Shown here: one piece after another, positions 48,426-57,494 of the stretch
Layout: the number at the start of each line of letters is the position of its first letter
Position numbering within the stretch: position 1 is the stretch's first letter
DNA from: Aulosira sp. ZfuVER01
Lineage (GTDB): Bacteria > Cyanobacteriota > Cyanobacteriia > Cyanobacteriales > Nostocaceae
Direction of reading: 5' to 3'
Length of the DNA: 64,000 nucleotides
Assembly: GCA_034530615.2 (NCBI GenBank)
Contig: JAVRCV020000066.1
Span: 16,576 to 80,575, forward strand
Translations under genes and position numbers: made by a program
Notes under the pieces: generated by a model
Databases searched by the model: none
What the model saw: the letters and a program-made list of their open reading frames with translations, nothing else
Told to the model about the DNA's origin: nothing

Positions 48426-49763
48426 ATGAGCATGACAATTATCAGTCTTCGAGAAGCCCTGCAAAGCCTTCCCAAAAATGCACAAGAACCTGTTGTAAAC
48501 GATTTTTTTGCTTCTCACTTATTGAGGGCATTAGGGTTTCAATCTGAAGAAATTCATCCAGAATATAACACTGGCAACGGAAATGTTGATAAAGCAGCCA
48601 GAAAAACCATTGGAGACGATGTGTTTTTACACACAAAATCTAATCCATATCTTCTACTAGAGTTAAAGGGTAGAGATATTAACCTCTCGGAAGATGCTGC
48701 ACAGTATCAAATAACGGTTAATCAATTGAAGCGTTATCTACTTGCTCCTAATTCCAAAACTGTAGAGTGGGGAATAATTACTAATTCTTGCCACATTCAA
48801 CTGTTTCGTAAGCATGGAAAAGTGATTTATCCGGCAACAAAATGTCTTTCAATTGATGCAGATAATATTGATAGCGTAATTGCTTCAATTCGGCAAAAAA
48901 TCGAAAATTCTGCTAGAGCCTTAAGCATTGCAGTTTATAACAACAAAGGAGGAGTAGGAAAAACTACAACTACCGTAAATTTAGCAGCTATATTAACTTT
49001 TTTAGGTAAAAAAGTTTTAGCGATTGATTTTGATCCTAACCAACAAGACTTAACTAGTTCTTTAGGTCTTCCATTGAGTAAAGGAAGTGTCTTTGAGGCT
49101 CTTACACAAAGAGATATAGAACTTCAAAGTACTCTACATCCTTATAAATTTCCTCTAAAAAAGATTAGTAACGAACTGAGGTTTGATGTTATTCCCGCCG
49201 ATCAAAAACTAATAGATGAATCTGAAAATCTCTTACGTAATCATCTGAAGCTTAACACTCTTTATCGCAAGCTAGAATTGTCAAGAAAAGAATACGATTA
49301 TATTTTAATAGATGCGCCACCTAACTGGCGAGTATTTAGCCAACTAGCTGTTTATGCGGCTGATGTCGTTCTCATTCCCACAAAGCATAACAATCTTTTC
49401 TCTTTAGAAAATGCAGCAATGGCAATGAAGAAATTTATTCCTGAAGTACAATCTAAAAAAGCTGATGGTAGTCCTATTCCATTGCCAATATTTTTCAATG
49501 GAGAAAAGATTACACTACCTCAAATGGCAGTTGCTCAACAAGAAATTAATAACATTCTTAAAACTGCTAAAAAAGAGGGATTTGATTTATTATCTTACTT
49601 CTATCCTAAGTATACCAATGCCAACAAAGACCTTCATATTCATGAGGTTCCAAGCTACGCTAATATAGCTGGTTCAGCTTTCTCGCGTATTCCTGCGGTT
49701 TATCGAGATCGATCTGCTCATGAATATTACAAAAATCTAGCAAAGGAGTATTTTTTACAATGA
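48426..49763 (+). CDS. Fusion of HsdR-N-like PD-(D/E)xK domain and ParA/Soj ATPase
   Basis: N-half E..V...LLRALGF, VD, LLELKG, QLKRY, WGIITNS..IQLF; C-half NNKGGVGKTT, IDFDPNQ, YILIDAPP. Confidence 0.85.
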   Translation: MSMTIISLREALQSLPKNAQEPVVNDFFASHLLRALGFQSEEIHPEYNTGNGNVDKAARKTIGDDVFLHTKSNPYLLLELKGRDINLSEDAAQYQITVNQLKRYLLAPNSKTVEWGIITNSCHIQLFRKHGKVIYPATKCLSIDADNIDSVIASIRQKIENSARALSIAVYNNKGGVGKTTTTVNLAAILTFLGKKVLAIDFDPNQQDLTSSLGLPLSKGSVFEALTQRDIELQSTLHPYKFPLKKISNELRFDVIPADQKLIDESENLLRNHLKLNTLYRKLELSRKEYDYILIDAPPNWRVFSQLAVYAADVVLIPTKHNNLFSLENAAMAMKKFIPEVQSKKADGSPIPLPIFFNGEKITLPQMAVAQQEINNILKTAKKEGFDLLSYFYPKYTNANKDLHIHEVPSYANIAGSAFSRIPAVYRDRSAHEYYKNLAKEYFLQ

Positions 49764-50452
49764 GTAGCCTCAGCGATATTGGAAATTTAATGCACTTGTA
49801 TTTAGATGAAATTGACCCTGGTCAAGGAACTGATGCGCCTGAATTTTTAATCAAAGCTTCAGCCCATCTGCTTAACCAGAAAGGAGGACGAAATTGGATT
49901 CCAGTTATTGTAAAAGAAACTGGCGAAGATAAGTATCAAGTAATTGCTAATTCTTTCATTTATGCAATTGCAGAAGCTGCTGGCTTGGATCGCGTGTGGT
50001 GCATTATTACTGATGGTAGTGATGAGACAGTTGAAGTAACAAAAATACTTGCAGGGGAAGAAATTCCAAAAATTAATCTGTCTAAAGCATCTAGGGATGA
50101 AATTAAAGCAGCATTAGAGTATTTAGTCAAGCAACCAGATAGCGCTCTCAAAGCAGTTAAACCTGCTATAGCTACAAACCGGATTGATGACGCTCCTCGT
50201 CAATATTGGAAGACATTAGAGCCAATCATTAATTTGAAATGTGGAATTACCAAAGGTAAAAAACTTGATGCTTTAAATCAAGTTTTTTATCTCACTCCTC
50301 AACCAATGCCAGATACAACTACCGATGCTAATTTTCTCAAAACAATGTCAACTGCTGATCTAAAAGCAATGGCTAAGAAACGAGAAATTACTGGCATCAG
50401 TAAGATGAAAAAAGACGATCTTGTTGCAGCCTTGAGTAAGCCTTTAAAGTAG
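49760..50452 (+). CDS. ParB/Srx-like N-terminal region + C-terminal Rho-N-like helical domain
   Basis: ATGA overlap with the upstream gene; IPVIVKETGEDKYQVIAN; MSTADLKAMAKKREITGISKMKKDDLVAAL. Confidence 0.72.
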   Translation: MSSLSDIGNLMHLYLDEIDPGQGTDAPEFLIKASAHLLNQKGGRNWIPVIVKETGEDKYQVIANSFIYAIAEAAGLDRVWCIITDGSDETVEVTKILAGEEIPKINLSKASRDEIKAALEYLVKQPDSALKAVKPAIATNRIDDAPRQYWKTLEPIINLKCGITKGKKLDALNQVFYLTPQPMPDTTTDANFLKTMSTADLKAMAKKREITGISKMKKDDLVAALSKPLK

Positions 50453-50472
50453 CAAGTATTTTAATCTTCCGT

Positions 50473-50630
50473 AGGGTGTGTTATGCCGGAGGCTAACGCA
50501 CCTTGAATTGTTGATCGTGTATCGGTGCCGGTGCGTTGCGCTACGCGACAACACACCCTACTACATTTAAATTCTTTAGTAAATCAAGGCAAGATTGTAG
50601 CGATCGCCTCGAAAAGTGCGATCGCAGTTA
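50473..50630 (+). repeat. Direct repeat copy 1 (REP doublet + AT-rich tail + HIP1 pair)
   Basis: Matches 51382-51530, including the identical run ctactacatttaaattctttagtaaatcaaggcaagatt. Confidence 0.9.
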
Positions 50631-50774
50631 TTTAGACTGATAAAACAAATTGCAAAGGAGTGAAACAAAGAATATAGTTGAGCGTAGGGAAAATTTTTCT
50701 CTATTTGTGTAATTTATTTACTTGAAAAACACTATATGGCAATCTTAGCCAATATAAAAAATGAGGTTGTAAAA

Positions 50775-51350
50775 ATGAAATCATCTAGATGGTGGGCAGT
50801 TTTTTTAGCAGTTGTCACTGTTGAAGTAATTTTACTTATAAAACTATTAACCAGCCAAGCAACAATAGAGATACTTTTTACTATCGGAGTAGTTACAGTT
50901 TTACTAGTCCTAACTCTTCGTATTGAAGATTTAAGTGGAGTATCTCTTAGTAAAGATGGATTAGAGGCAAAGCTGAATATCATCAAAGAAGAAGTCAAGG
51001 ATAAAGTCAGTCAGCTAGGAGACGATATTAATGAGCTTTTGATTTCAACAGTTATAGATGCGTATGAGTATATCACCCTAAGAAAAATTACAGGTGATGA
51101 AAAAGATGATAGCTATGAATTTAATTATCCAAAAGGTCAAGATTTATTGGAGAGATTAAGAAATAGAGGCTTAATTGATGAGATGGGTGGCAATTCCCTT
51201 TTTAAGGATAGAAGTAACAGACCTATAAACGTTAGAAAAAACTTTGTTATTACAGAAAGAGGAAACAGATATTTGAATGCGCTCGATCACAAAGGTCTTG
51301 GTAAGGAGTTGGAAAATATTGCTAAAAAAACAGGATATAAAAGTAGATGA
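50775..51350 (+). CDS. Hypothetical membrane protein (2 TM + coiled coil + possible winged-helix tail)
   Basis: GAGGT RBS before ATG 50775; two hydrophobic segments; LERLRNRGLI...ITERGNRYL. Confidence 0.7.
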   Translation: MKSSRWWAVFLAVVTVEVILLIKLLTSQATIEILFTIGVVTVLLVLTLRIEDLSGVSLSKDGLEAKLNIIKEEVKDKVSQLGDDINELLISTVIDAYEYITLRKITGDEKDDSYEFNYPKGQDLLERLRNRGLIDEMGGNSLFKDRSNRPINVRKNFVITERGNRYLNALDHKGLGKELENIAKKTGYKSR

Positions 51351-51381
51351 GCCACAGGTCAACTACTTCTTTCAATATACA

Positions 51382-51530
51382 AGGGTGTGTTATGCCGGAG
51401 GCTAACGCACCTTTAATTGTTGATTATGCATCGTTGCCGTTGCGCTGCGCGACAACACTACTACATTTAAATTCTTTAGTAAATCAAGGCAAGATTATTG
51501 CGATCGCACTTTTCGAGGCGATCGCTGTTA
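51382..51530 (+). repeat. Direct repeat copy 2
   Basis: See 50473-50630; the REP part is more degenerate and the HIP1 spacer is inverted. Confidence 0.9.
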
Positions 51531-51630
51531 TGCTCATCAGCAATTAAAAGTACCCACGCGAGTACTGCCAAGATGCGATCGCTTGCTTTCGCCATATCTC
51601 GGTTTAGCAACTAGGTAAAATCAGAGAGTT

Positions 51631-52854
51631 TCACCTTTTGATCGAGGGAACAGTATAGCCAGCAAAGTGAATTTCTTTAGCAGCGTTGATTCCAGATTCT
51701 AATGCTCCTTGAACCCAGCCTCTTGTCTTGGAAGTATGCTCTCCAGCGAAATAAATCTTTCCTTCTGACTTCCCTAATTCTGAAAATAGTTTCTTCTCCT
51801 GTTCATCTGTTGGATAGGCCCAGCCTGCTTTTGACCAGATTTCTTTTGTCCATGAATGAAAGTGCGATTGCACAGAGTAATTAGTTACGCCAGGCAGAAT
51901 ATTCTCCCAATGCTGGAGTAATTTTGTCTGTTGAACTTTGTCCTCAAAAGCATCCATCTCAAGAGCTTTTTTTCCTTTGAGATAAGCTTGAAGAATACCT
52001 GTCTTTTCAGGTTTATCCCAGGTAGTATGCCACAGTTCTTCATCCTCGAACCATCCCCACCCATTTAAGTTATCTTTTTCCCAGAACCGATTAGGGAATT
52101 TAACAAAACAACGAGTTGCTGCTTTATAGTTATATCCTCCTGCGGCCGCCTCTTTTTTAGCTGGAGATAGGTCAGGTGAAAATGTAATTTGATTTAATAC
52201 AGTTAACGGAACAGTACATAACACACAATCGCCAAGATATCGTTTCCCTGACGAGCATGACACCTCAACACCGTTAGATGTTTGTACAATCCGAGTAACC
52301 GCATCATCAAGTTTAATTTTTTCTGTTAATGCTTGGGCAAATGCTTGGGGAAGTAGATCGTATCCATCCTTCAGTTTTTGAATCTCTTCCACATGGATTT
52401 TGAATTGATTTTCAAATAGTTCTTTTGCTGTGACTAATAGACGTTTTCCGTCTTTCATCGTCAGATATTTCCCTGTTGTCGGCGCAAACTGTGAAAGTAT
52501 TAAACCAAAATGTTTGATGTAACCAAGGGTTAAATTATGATTTGGTGGGATTCTAGACGCTCCAAGCTCTAATAAATCCTCTCCTTGAAAGGTTCGTCGT
52601 AGAGTTAATACTCTACCACCGACACGTTTTCTTGCTTCTAAAATGGTGACATTATGACCAACTGCTGTTAATTCATACGCTGCTACTAAACCAGAAATAC
52701 CTGCACCTACAATAAGCACCTTTCGACGCGGCAATCCTTTGGGTAAAGCACCAGGGGTAGTTGGTTTTTGGGCTTGTACTCGATCGTAGGTTACAGTGGC
52801 GGCGATCGCGAGAGTACTCCGCAATAAAAACTGACGACGATTTAGGTTGAACAT
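51631..52854 (-). CDS. Tat-exported flavin monoamine / L-amino acid oxidase family protein
   Basis: NRRQFL twin-arginine signal; VGAGISGL, EARKRVGGR, ELGA, FAGEHT, GWVQGALESG. Confidence 0.88.
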   Translation of the reverse strand: MFNLNRRQFLLRSTLAIAATVTYDRVQAQKPTTPGALPKGLPRRKVLIVGAGISGLVAAYELTAVGHNVTILEARKRVGGRVLTLRRTFQGEDLLELGASRIPPNHNLTLGYIKHFGLILSQFAPTTGKYLTMKDGKRLLVTAKELFENQFKIHVEEIQKLKDGYDLLPQAFAQALTEKIKLDDAVTRIVQTSNGVEVSCSSGKRYLGDCVLCTVPLTVLNQITFSPDLSPAKKEAAAGGYNYKAATRCFVKFPNRFWEKDNLNGWGWFEDEELWHTTWDKPEKTGILQAYLKGKKALEMDAFEDKVQQTKLLQHWENILPGVTNYSVQSHFHSWTKEIWSKAGWAYPTDEQEKKLFSELGKSEGKIYFAGEHTSKTRGWVQGALESGINAAKEIHFAGYTVPSIKR

Positions 52855-53102
52855 AGAGGTGGGAATAGTGATTGGGGAAGGAGAGCAATTTAGGGTATTC
52901 TTATTTCTCGACTAAATATTCTAAATAACACTCATCAATGACTTAAATCATCATATACCTATCTTTTAAGCAACAACGGCTTAACATATCTGCTCTAGCT
53001 CGGCCAATTTAGTAAGGTTGCAATGCAATTTTTGATTTGAAGGCGTGTTGTTTCAAGATTTCAATAGAACAAAGCTATGGAAGAGATTGCTACCCAGTTT
53101 CC

Positions 53103-53149
53103 AGGGAAACGGGGAACAGAGAAATCATCGTTTCCTGTTCCCCGTTCCT
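53103..53149 (-). terminator. Hairpin downstream of the PAD gene
   Basis: ACGGGGAACAG ... CTGTTCCCCGT inverted repeat. Confidence 0.5.
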
Positions 53150-53171
53150 TATTCCCGCCCCGAAGGGGCTA

Positions 53172-55166
53172 CTAGCCTATCGGCTCAATCTCCCACCATT
53201 TTTGGCTAAAAGGTTGGCGGCGTGTATTCGTACCACAATGAATTTCCCCCCTGGAGCGAAAATAAGGGTCCCAATCATCGATAAAGTGGCAAACTAAACC
53301 CAAAGGTTCTAAAAGTCCTTTGACATACGCTTCAAATTGACATTGGTTATTAACTTTGGGGCCAAATGGTTTGGGAATACCCAGATGTTGGTTGAGAACG
53401 ATCATGTTAACCATGTTGGGGAAAAAAGTTTCTGCTCGCCCATAGCCATCATCTTCAAATAAACCAGGTATTTCGATAATATCTTCGTCGCCTAATTCTA
53501 ATTGCTGTTTTAAAACCTCTCGATTCCAATTAATGTATTCTTGAAAGCGCTGGTTATCACTAGCTAAGTTTTCATTATCAAGAATCTCTGCCACACTAAT
53601 ATCAGCAGGCTTGTTAGCAAGTCGCTTTCCTTGCCGCAATAATGCTTGAGAATGTCCTTCATCTCGTAAGCGTCTGAGAAGGTCATAACACTTGCCAGGA
53701 CTTGTTAAAATTAGCTTAAATCCTTGATGGGTAGCAGCAGGCACAAAGGTCATAAACTCATCAACGTGCCCTACACTCAGCCAGTCGGAAAAAATTTCAA
53801 ATGGCGCTTGAATTTTTTGAGCATAGAGAAAGTCTCGCAAGACTCTCAACATTCGTCGCGGTTCCTTCTGGATAATTTCTTTGCGAGTTCCGCCAAATAT
53901 CAGACGACCAAAAGGATAATAAACACCTTTGACTGTGACTGGGGGAGAAACTTCTAAGTTACCAAAAGAGTCTAATCTTGTCGCTTCATAGCGGCTTTTG
54001 CGAGTTACATAACCAAAGTCAATACCCAGAAGTTTGCGTTTGGGAAAATCAATTAGTCCGCGATCGCGTGGCGAATCAAATACCACGTGCATCAATTGTC
54101 CCGGTGCTTGAGCATAACCAATTTCAATTTCGTCTTGCATCCAAGGATCGTCTTGATGAAACTCATAAGGAACAATATCTAGTTGAGCGTTAGCTTTACC
54201 AGCAACTTTTCTCAGTTCCTCAATAAATTCGGCATTCAATCCCTTAGATAAACGAGAAACAAACACAGTGATCGGGGCTAAGGTATTAGGAGTCATCATC
54301 CAAGGAGCGACTCGAAAAACCACGCGATCGCTGTATGCTATTTCTCCGTCTTTCTCGAGATTTAAATTAATCTCAACTACGCCATCAAAATCAACATCAG
54401 GATAACTCAATGCCTCTATAGCCAAAAGAATATCTTTGTCAGTATCCTTAATTTTGGCTTTTGTAATTCCCGGCCCAATTAACTCATAGCCATCTCGATC
54501 TAATTCGTCATAAATGCGAATGCGTTTAGCAGTGTCTCGATTGACTGACAAGTAAAGTTCGTATCCAGAAGGTAAATTTCTTAAACCTACTTTCCGAACA
54601 ATCATAAAGCTAAAATCTTTGAGATCTAGCAGTCCTCTGATATAGTTTTCTTCGCTATCATTCTGTCCATTAGAATAAATAACGTCGCAATCGCTATTAA
54701 CTAATAAAACTGCACCATGACCATTACTTCCCCATTGCCAGTTTCCTTTATGAGGATGATTTTCTTCAATCGTGCCATCCCGATCTGCATCCACATCTAA
54801 ACAAATTCGCAGACAAGTGAGCTTAAAGCGAACTTGACTCAACAAACGACCAGCCTCATCTTGAAAGGTGATTTGTAAAGAACGGTCTTCTACTTCATCG
54901 CTAAAAGTTCTCGCTAACAGAGTAATATCTGGAATTTCTTCTAAAGGAATCAGAGTTTTTATAGCAATAACAGGCTGTGCAAGAGATGAAACCTCGATTT
55001 CTCCCTGAGTTTCTAAACTCACAAATTTACTATTAGCAGGAGCCAGATTTTGTAAAGATATTTGCAATGGCTGACCGACAACTAAAACATCTTCGTATTC
55101 CCGAATCCTTTCTCGCGAGCGTGAGCTACGACCATTTAAATCTTCAACTTGCAATAAAGTTCTCAT
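53172..55166 (-). CDS. Protein-arginine deiminase (PAD/PADI) family protein
   Basis: LDVDADRDG, LLVNSDCD, FRVAPW, WMQDE, DSFGNLEVSPPV, WLSVGHVDEF, FPNMVN, PKPFGP, GEIHCGTN. Confidence 0.93.
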   Translation of the reverse strand: MRTLLQVEDLNGRSSRSRERIREYEDVLVVGQPLQISLQNLAPANSKFVSLETQGEIEVSSLAQPVIAIKTLIPLEEIPDITLLARTFSDEVEDRSLQITFQDEAGRLLSQVRFKLTCLRICLDVDADRDGTIEENHPHKGNWQWGSNGHGAVLLVNSDCDVIYSNGQNDSEENYIRGLLDLKDFSFMIVRKVGLRNLPSGYELYLSVNRDTAKRIRIYDELDRDGYELIGPGITKAKIKDTDKDILLAIEALSYPDVDFDGVVEINLNLEKDGEIAYSDRVVFRVAPWMMTPNTLAPITVFVSRLSKGLNAEFIEELRKVAGKANAQLDIVPYEFHQDDPWMQDEIEIGYAQAPGQLMHVVFDSPRDRGLIDFPKRKLLGIDFGYVTRKSRYEATRLDSFGNLEVSPPVTVKGVYYPFGRLIFGGTRKEIIQKEPRRMLRVLRDFLYAQKIQAPFEIFSDWLSVGHVDEFMTFVPAATHQGFKLILTSPGKCYDLLRRLRDEGHSQALLRQGKRLANKPADISVAEILDNENLASDNQRFQEYINWNREVLKQQLELGDEDIIEIPGLFEDDGYGRAETFFPNMVNMIVLNQHLGIPKPFGPKVNNQCQFEAYVKGLLEPLGLVCHFIDDWDPYFRSRGEIHCGTNTRRQPFSQKWWEIEPIG

Positions 55167-55334
55167 AATCTTCTGATAATCTAGTAAACTTTTGTAACTA
55201 CTTAAGCTTCTTCAAACTGATTTTCAGAATGTCTTTATACTGGAAATTTTTGACCAATGGATCTGTTTGATTCTACTAAAAAACTCAGTGAAATTTCCGA
55301 GATTAACAAAGAGTAAGTATATAAAAAATTTATA

Positions 55335-55679
55335 TATAGCGGTTCTCAATTGCATAGAATACATACCATTTGTAGGGGCACAGTAATGCTCATACGTGTC
55401 AACTTAAACTTAGATGCATAGAGCGTAAGTCTTTGGGGTTCTCTTTCTTTGCACCGTAAACTTTCGATCCCCCCTAACCCCCCTTAAAAAAGGGGGAAAA
55501 GAATCAAAGTCCCCTTATTAAGGGGAGCCACTGCGTTGGGCGGGTTTCCCGACTTGTAGTAAGTGGCGTGGATTTAGGCGGATCGAATATCTTGAGCAAC
55601 AAAGCCTTTCGCGTTAAGTTGACACCAATGAGCATTGCTGTGCCCTATTGTGTATTGCATCCAAACGAGAACCGCTATA
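55335..55679. mobile_element. Multi-layer nested miniature element
   Basis: Outer TIR TATAGCGGTTCTC / GAGAACCGCTATA; inside GTAGGGGCAC..GTGCCCTA; inside GTGTCAACTTAA / TTAAGTTGACAC; inside a GATCCCCC hairpin, itself split by a ~44-bp insert. Confidence 0.82.
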
Positions 55680-55716
55680 AACGTAGAAAATGAATTCGTA
55701 ATTTGAAATGTCATTA

Positions 55717-55748
55717 GATCCCCGACTTCCTCGAGAAGTCAAGGATCT
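55717..55748. repeat. Small palindromic repeat
   Basis: AGATCCCCGACTTC..GAAGTCAAGGATCT imperfect inverted repeat. Confidence 0.5.
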
Positions 55749-55828
55749 GGTCAGCAATTTTTCCGAAGCTGGAAACAATACGGTAGTATCTGGGTAATCT
55801 GAAGTTTTTAGTGAGCGAAGGCGGAATC

Positions 55829-57385
55829 ATGTTCCAAGAGATTACTGCTCAGATTGCTTATTCTGACTCATTTTCATATTTAGCCACAGCTTTAGGCGCA
55901 ACTAGCATAGCGGGAACACTTGGCTGGCGTTGGTGGAAACAAAAGAACACATATAAATCGCTACAATCGCTTCCTTCTCCTCCCAAACACTGGCTGTTAG
56001 GAAATCTGCCGCAAGTATTAGCAGCCGTGAAACAGAAAAAATACTTTCAATTATTATTTGATTGGAGCCAGCAGCTAGGGCCGATGTATGTTATTTGGAC
56101 TAATAGCTATCCTATTGTGATTTTAAGTAAACCAAAAGTTATTGAAGATACCATTGTCAATGGGATGAGAGATGGTAGCTTAATTAGAAGTGAGCGATCG
56201 CGCAAAGCTTGGAACGATATCAGCGGCCCTATTCTTTTGGGAGAAACCGGGGTTGAATGGCAATGGCGACGCAAAGTTTGGAATCCAGAATTCAGTTCTA
56301 GCAGTCTTTCCAAATATGCGGAAATTATTAGCCAAGCCTGCGAACAAGTAATTAAGACACTGAAACAAGCTACGCCATCAACAGCAGTTGAGGTAGATCC
56401 TCTATTTGTAGAACTGACGATGAGGGTAATTTCCTGTTTAGTACTGGGAATTCCTGTGGAGAGAAACAGTACTAGTCAGGAAGGGCCACCCCTGCAAGTT
56501 TCCAAAGTATACGAAGCAATGGCTATTGTAGCCTATCGTTTTTTACGGCAAGCTACTGGCGAGAAGCGATGGATGAAATATTTGCCAACTAAAAATTCAC
56601 GAGATTATTGGGCTGCAAGACGATATTTAGAAGAATTTTTAACTCCCCGTGTAGACTTAGCTTTAAAAATCAGAGAACAAAACCAGACCGATTTACCACA
56701 GGTAAGTCCTTTGTTCCAAGAATCAATGTTAGTCAAAATTGCTGCCAAAGAACCAAAATACAATCGGGAAACATTAATAGCAGAATCTGTTGAACTTTTA
56801 ATAGCTGGTACTGACACAACAGCCCATACTTTATCTTTTGCAGTAGGAGAGTTGAGTTTAAATCCAAGAGTTTTTCAGCAAGCACGAAACATCGTTGACC
56901 AAGTTTGGCAAAGTCAAGGCGGTATTAATATAGAAAGCCTCAAAGAATTAGCTTATATTCGCGCAATTTTTAAGGAAACTTTGCGCCTTTATTCAATCGC
57001 CTCAGGCTCGACTTCATTAGAAACTCAACGCGAAACTGTAATTGAAGGTAAAGTAATTCCTCGTGGTACAAGAGTATTCTGGTCAATACTTGCAGCTGGA
57101 AGAGATCCAGAAGTTTACGCTAATCCCGAAGAATTTCTACCAGAGCGTTGGTTAGATCAAAGTAAAGAAACAACTTCACTGCCAATGATAGACTTTGGCT
57201 CCGGCCCGCATCGTTGCTTGGGAGAGCATCTATCAATGTTAGAAGCAACAGTGATGCTGGCATTATTGCTCCGCCACTTTGATTGGGAATTGGTCAACGG
57301 TCGCGCTTCTCTCAAAGAGTTACAGCAGAACTTGTTAATTTATCCTGCCGATAAAATGCCGGTGCGCTTCCGGTTGAGAAATTAG
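55829..57385 (+). CDS. Cytochrome P450
   Basis: AGTDTT I-helix, ETLR (ExxR), PERW, FGSGPHRCLG heme ligand; alternative GTG start at 55811. Confidence 0.95.
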   Translation: MFQEITAQIAYSDSFSYLATALGATSIAGTLGWRWWKQKNTYKSLQSLPSPPKHWLLGNLPQVLAAVKQKKYFQLLFDWSQQLGPMYVIWTNSYPIVILSKPKVIEDTIVNGMRDGSLIRSERSRKAWNDISGPILLGETGVEWQWRRKVWNPEFSSSSLSKYAEIISQACEQVIKTLKQATPSTAVEVDPLFVELTMRVISCLVLGIPVERNSTSQEGPPLQVSKVYEAMAIVAYRFLRQATGEKRWMKYLPTKNSRDYWAARRYLEEFLTPRVDLALKIREQNQTDLPQVSPLFQESMLVKIAAKEPKYNRETLIAESVELLIAGTDTTAHTLSFAVGELSLNPRVFQQARNIVDQVWQSQGGINIESLKELAYIRAIFKETLRLYSIASGSTSLETQRETVIEGKVIPRGTRVFWSILAAGRDPEVYANPEEFLPERWLDQSKETTSLPMIDFGSGPHRCLGEHLSMLEATVMLALLLRHFDWELVNGRASLKELQQNLLIYPADKMPVRFRLRN

Positions 57386-57494
57386 ACCTATTTGCAAAAT
57401 ATAGCCGATCGAAACAGATAGGTTATCAAGGCTAGTCATAGCAACTTGCTGGCAACAGCATTGTTCTAGAAATTTAGCAATTAATCAGAAGCTC

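Noticed and set aside
48426..50452. Ordinary parAB partition locus or type I R-M system
   Set aside because: ParA carries an extra nuclease-like domain, the partner lacks the ParB GxxR motif and HTH, and no hsdM/hsdS or helicase motifs are present.
50473..51530. Integron attC cassette
   Set aside because: The repeats do not give clean RYYYAAC/GTTRRRY ends and no integrase is in the window; kept only as a cassette-like duplication.
51347..51547. 66-aa ORF
   Set aside because: It consists almost entirely of direct-repeat copy 2 (REP and HIP1 DNA).
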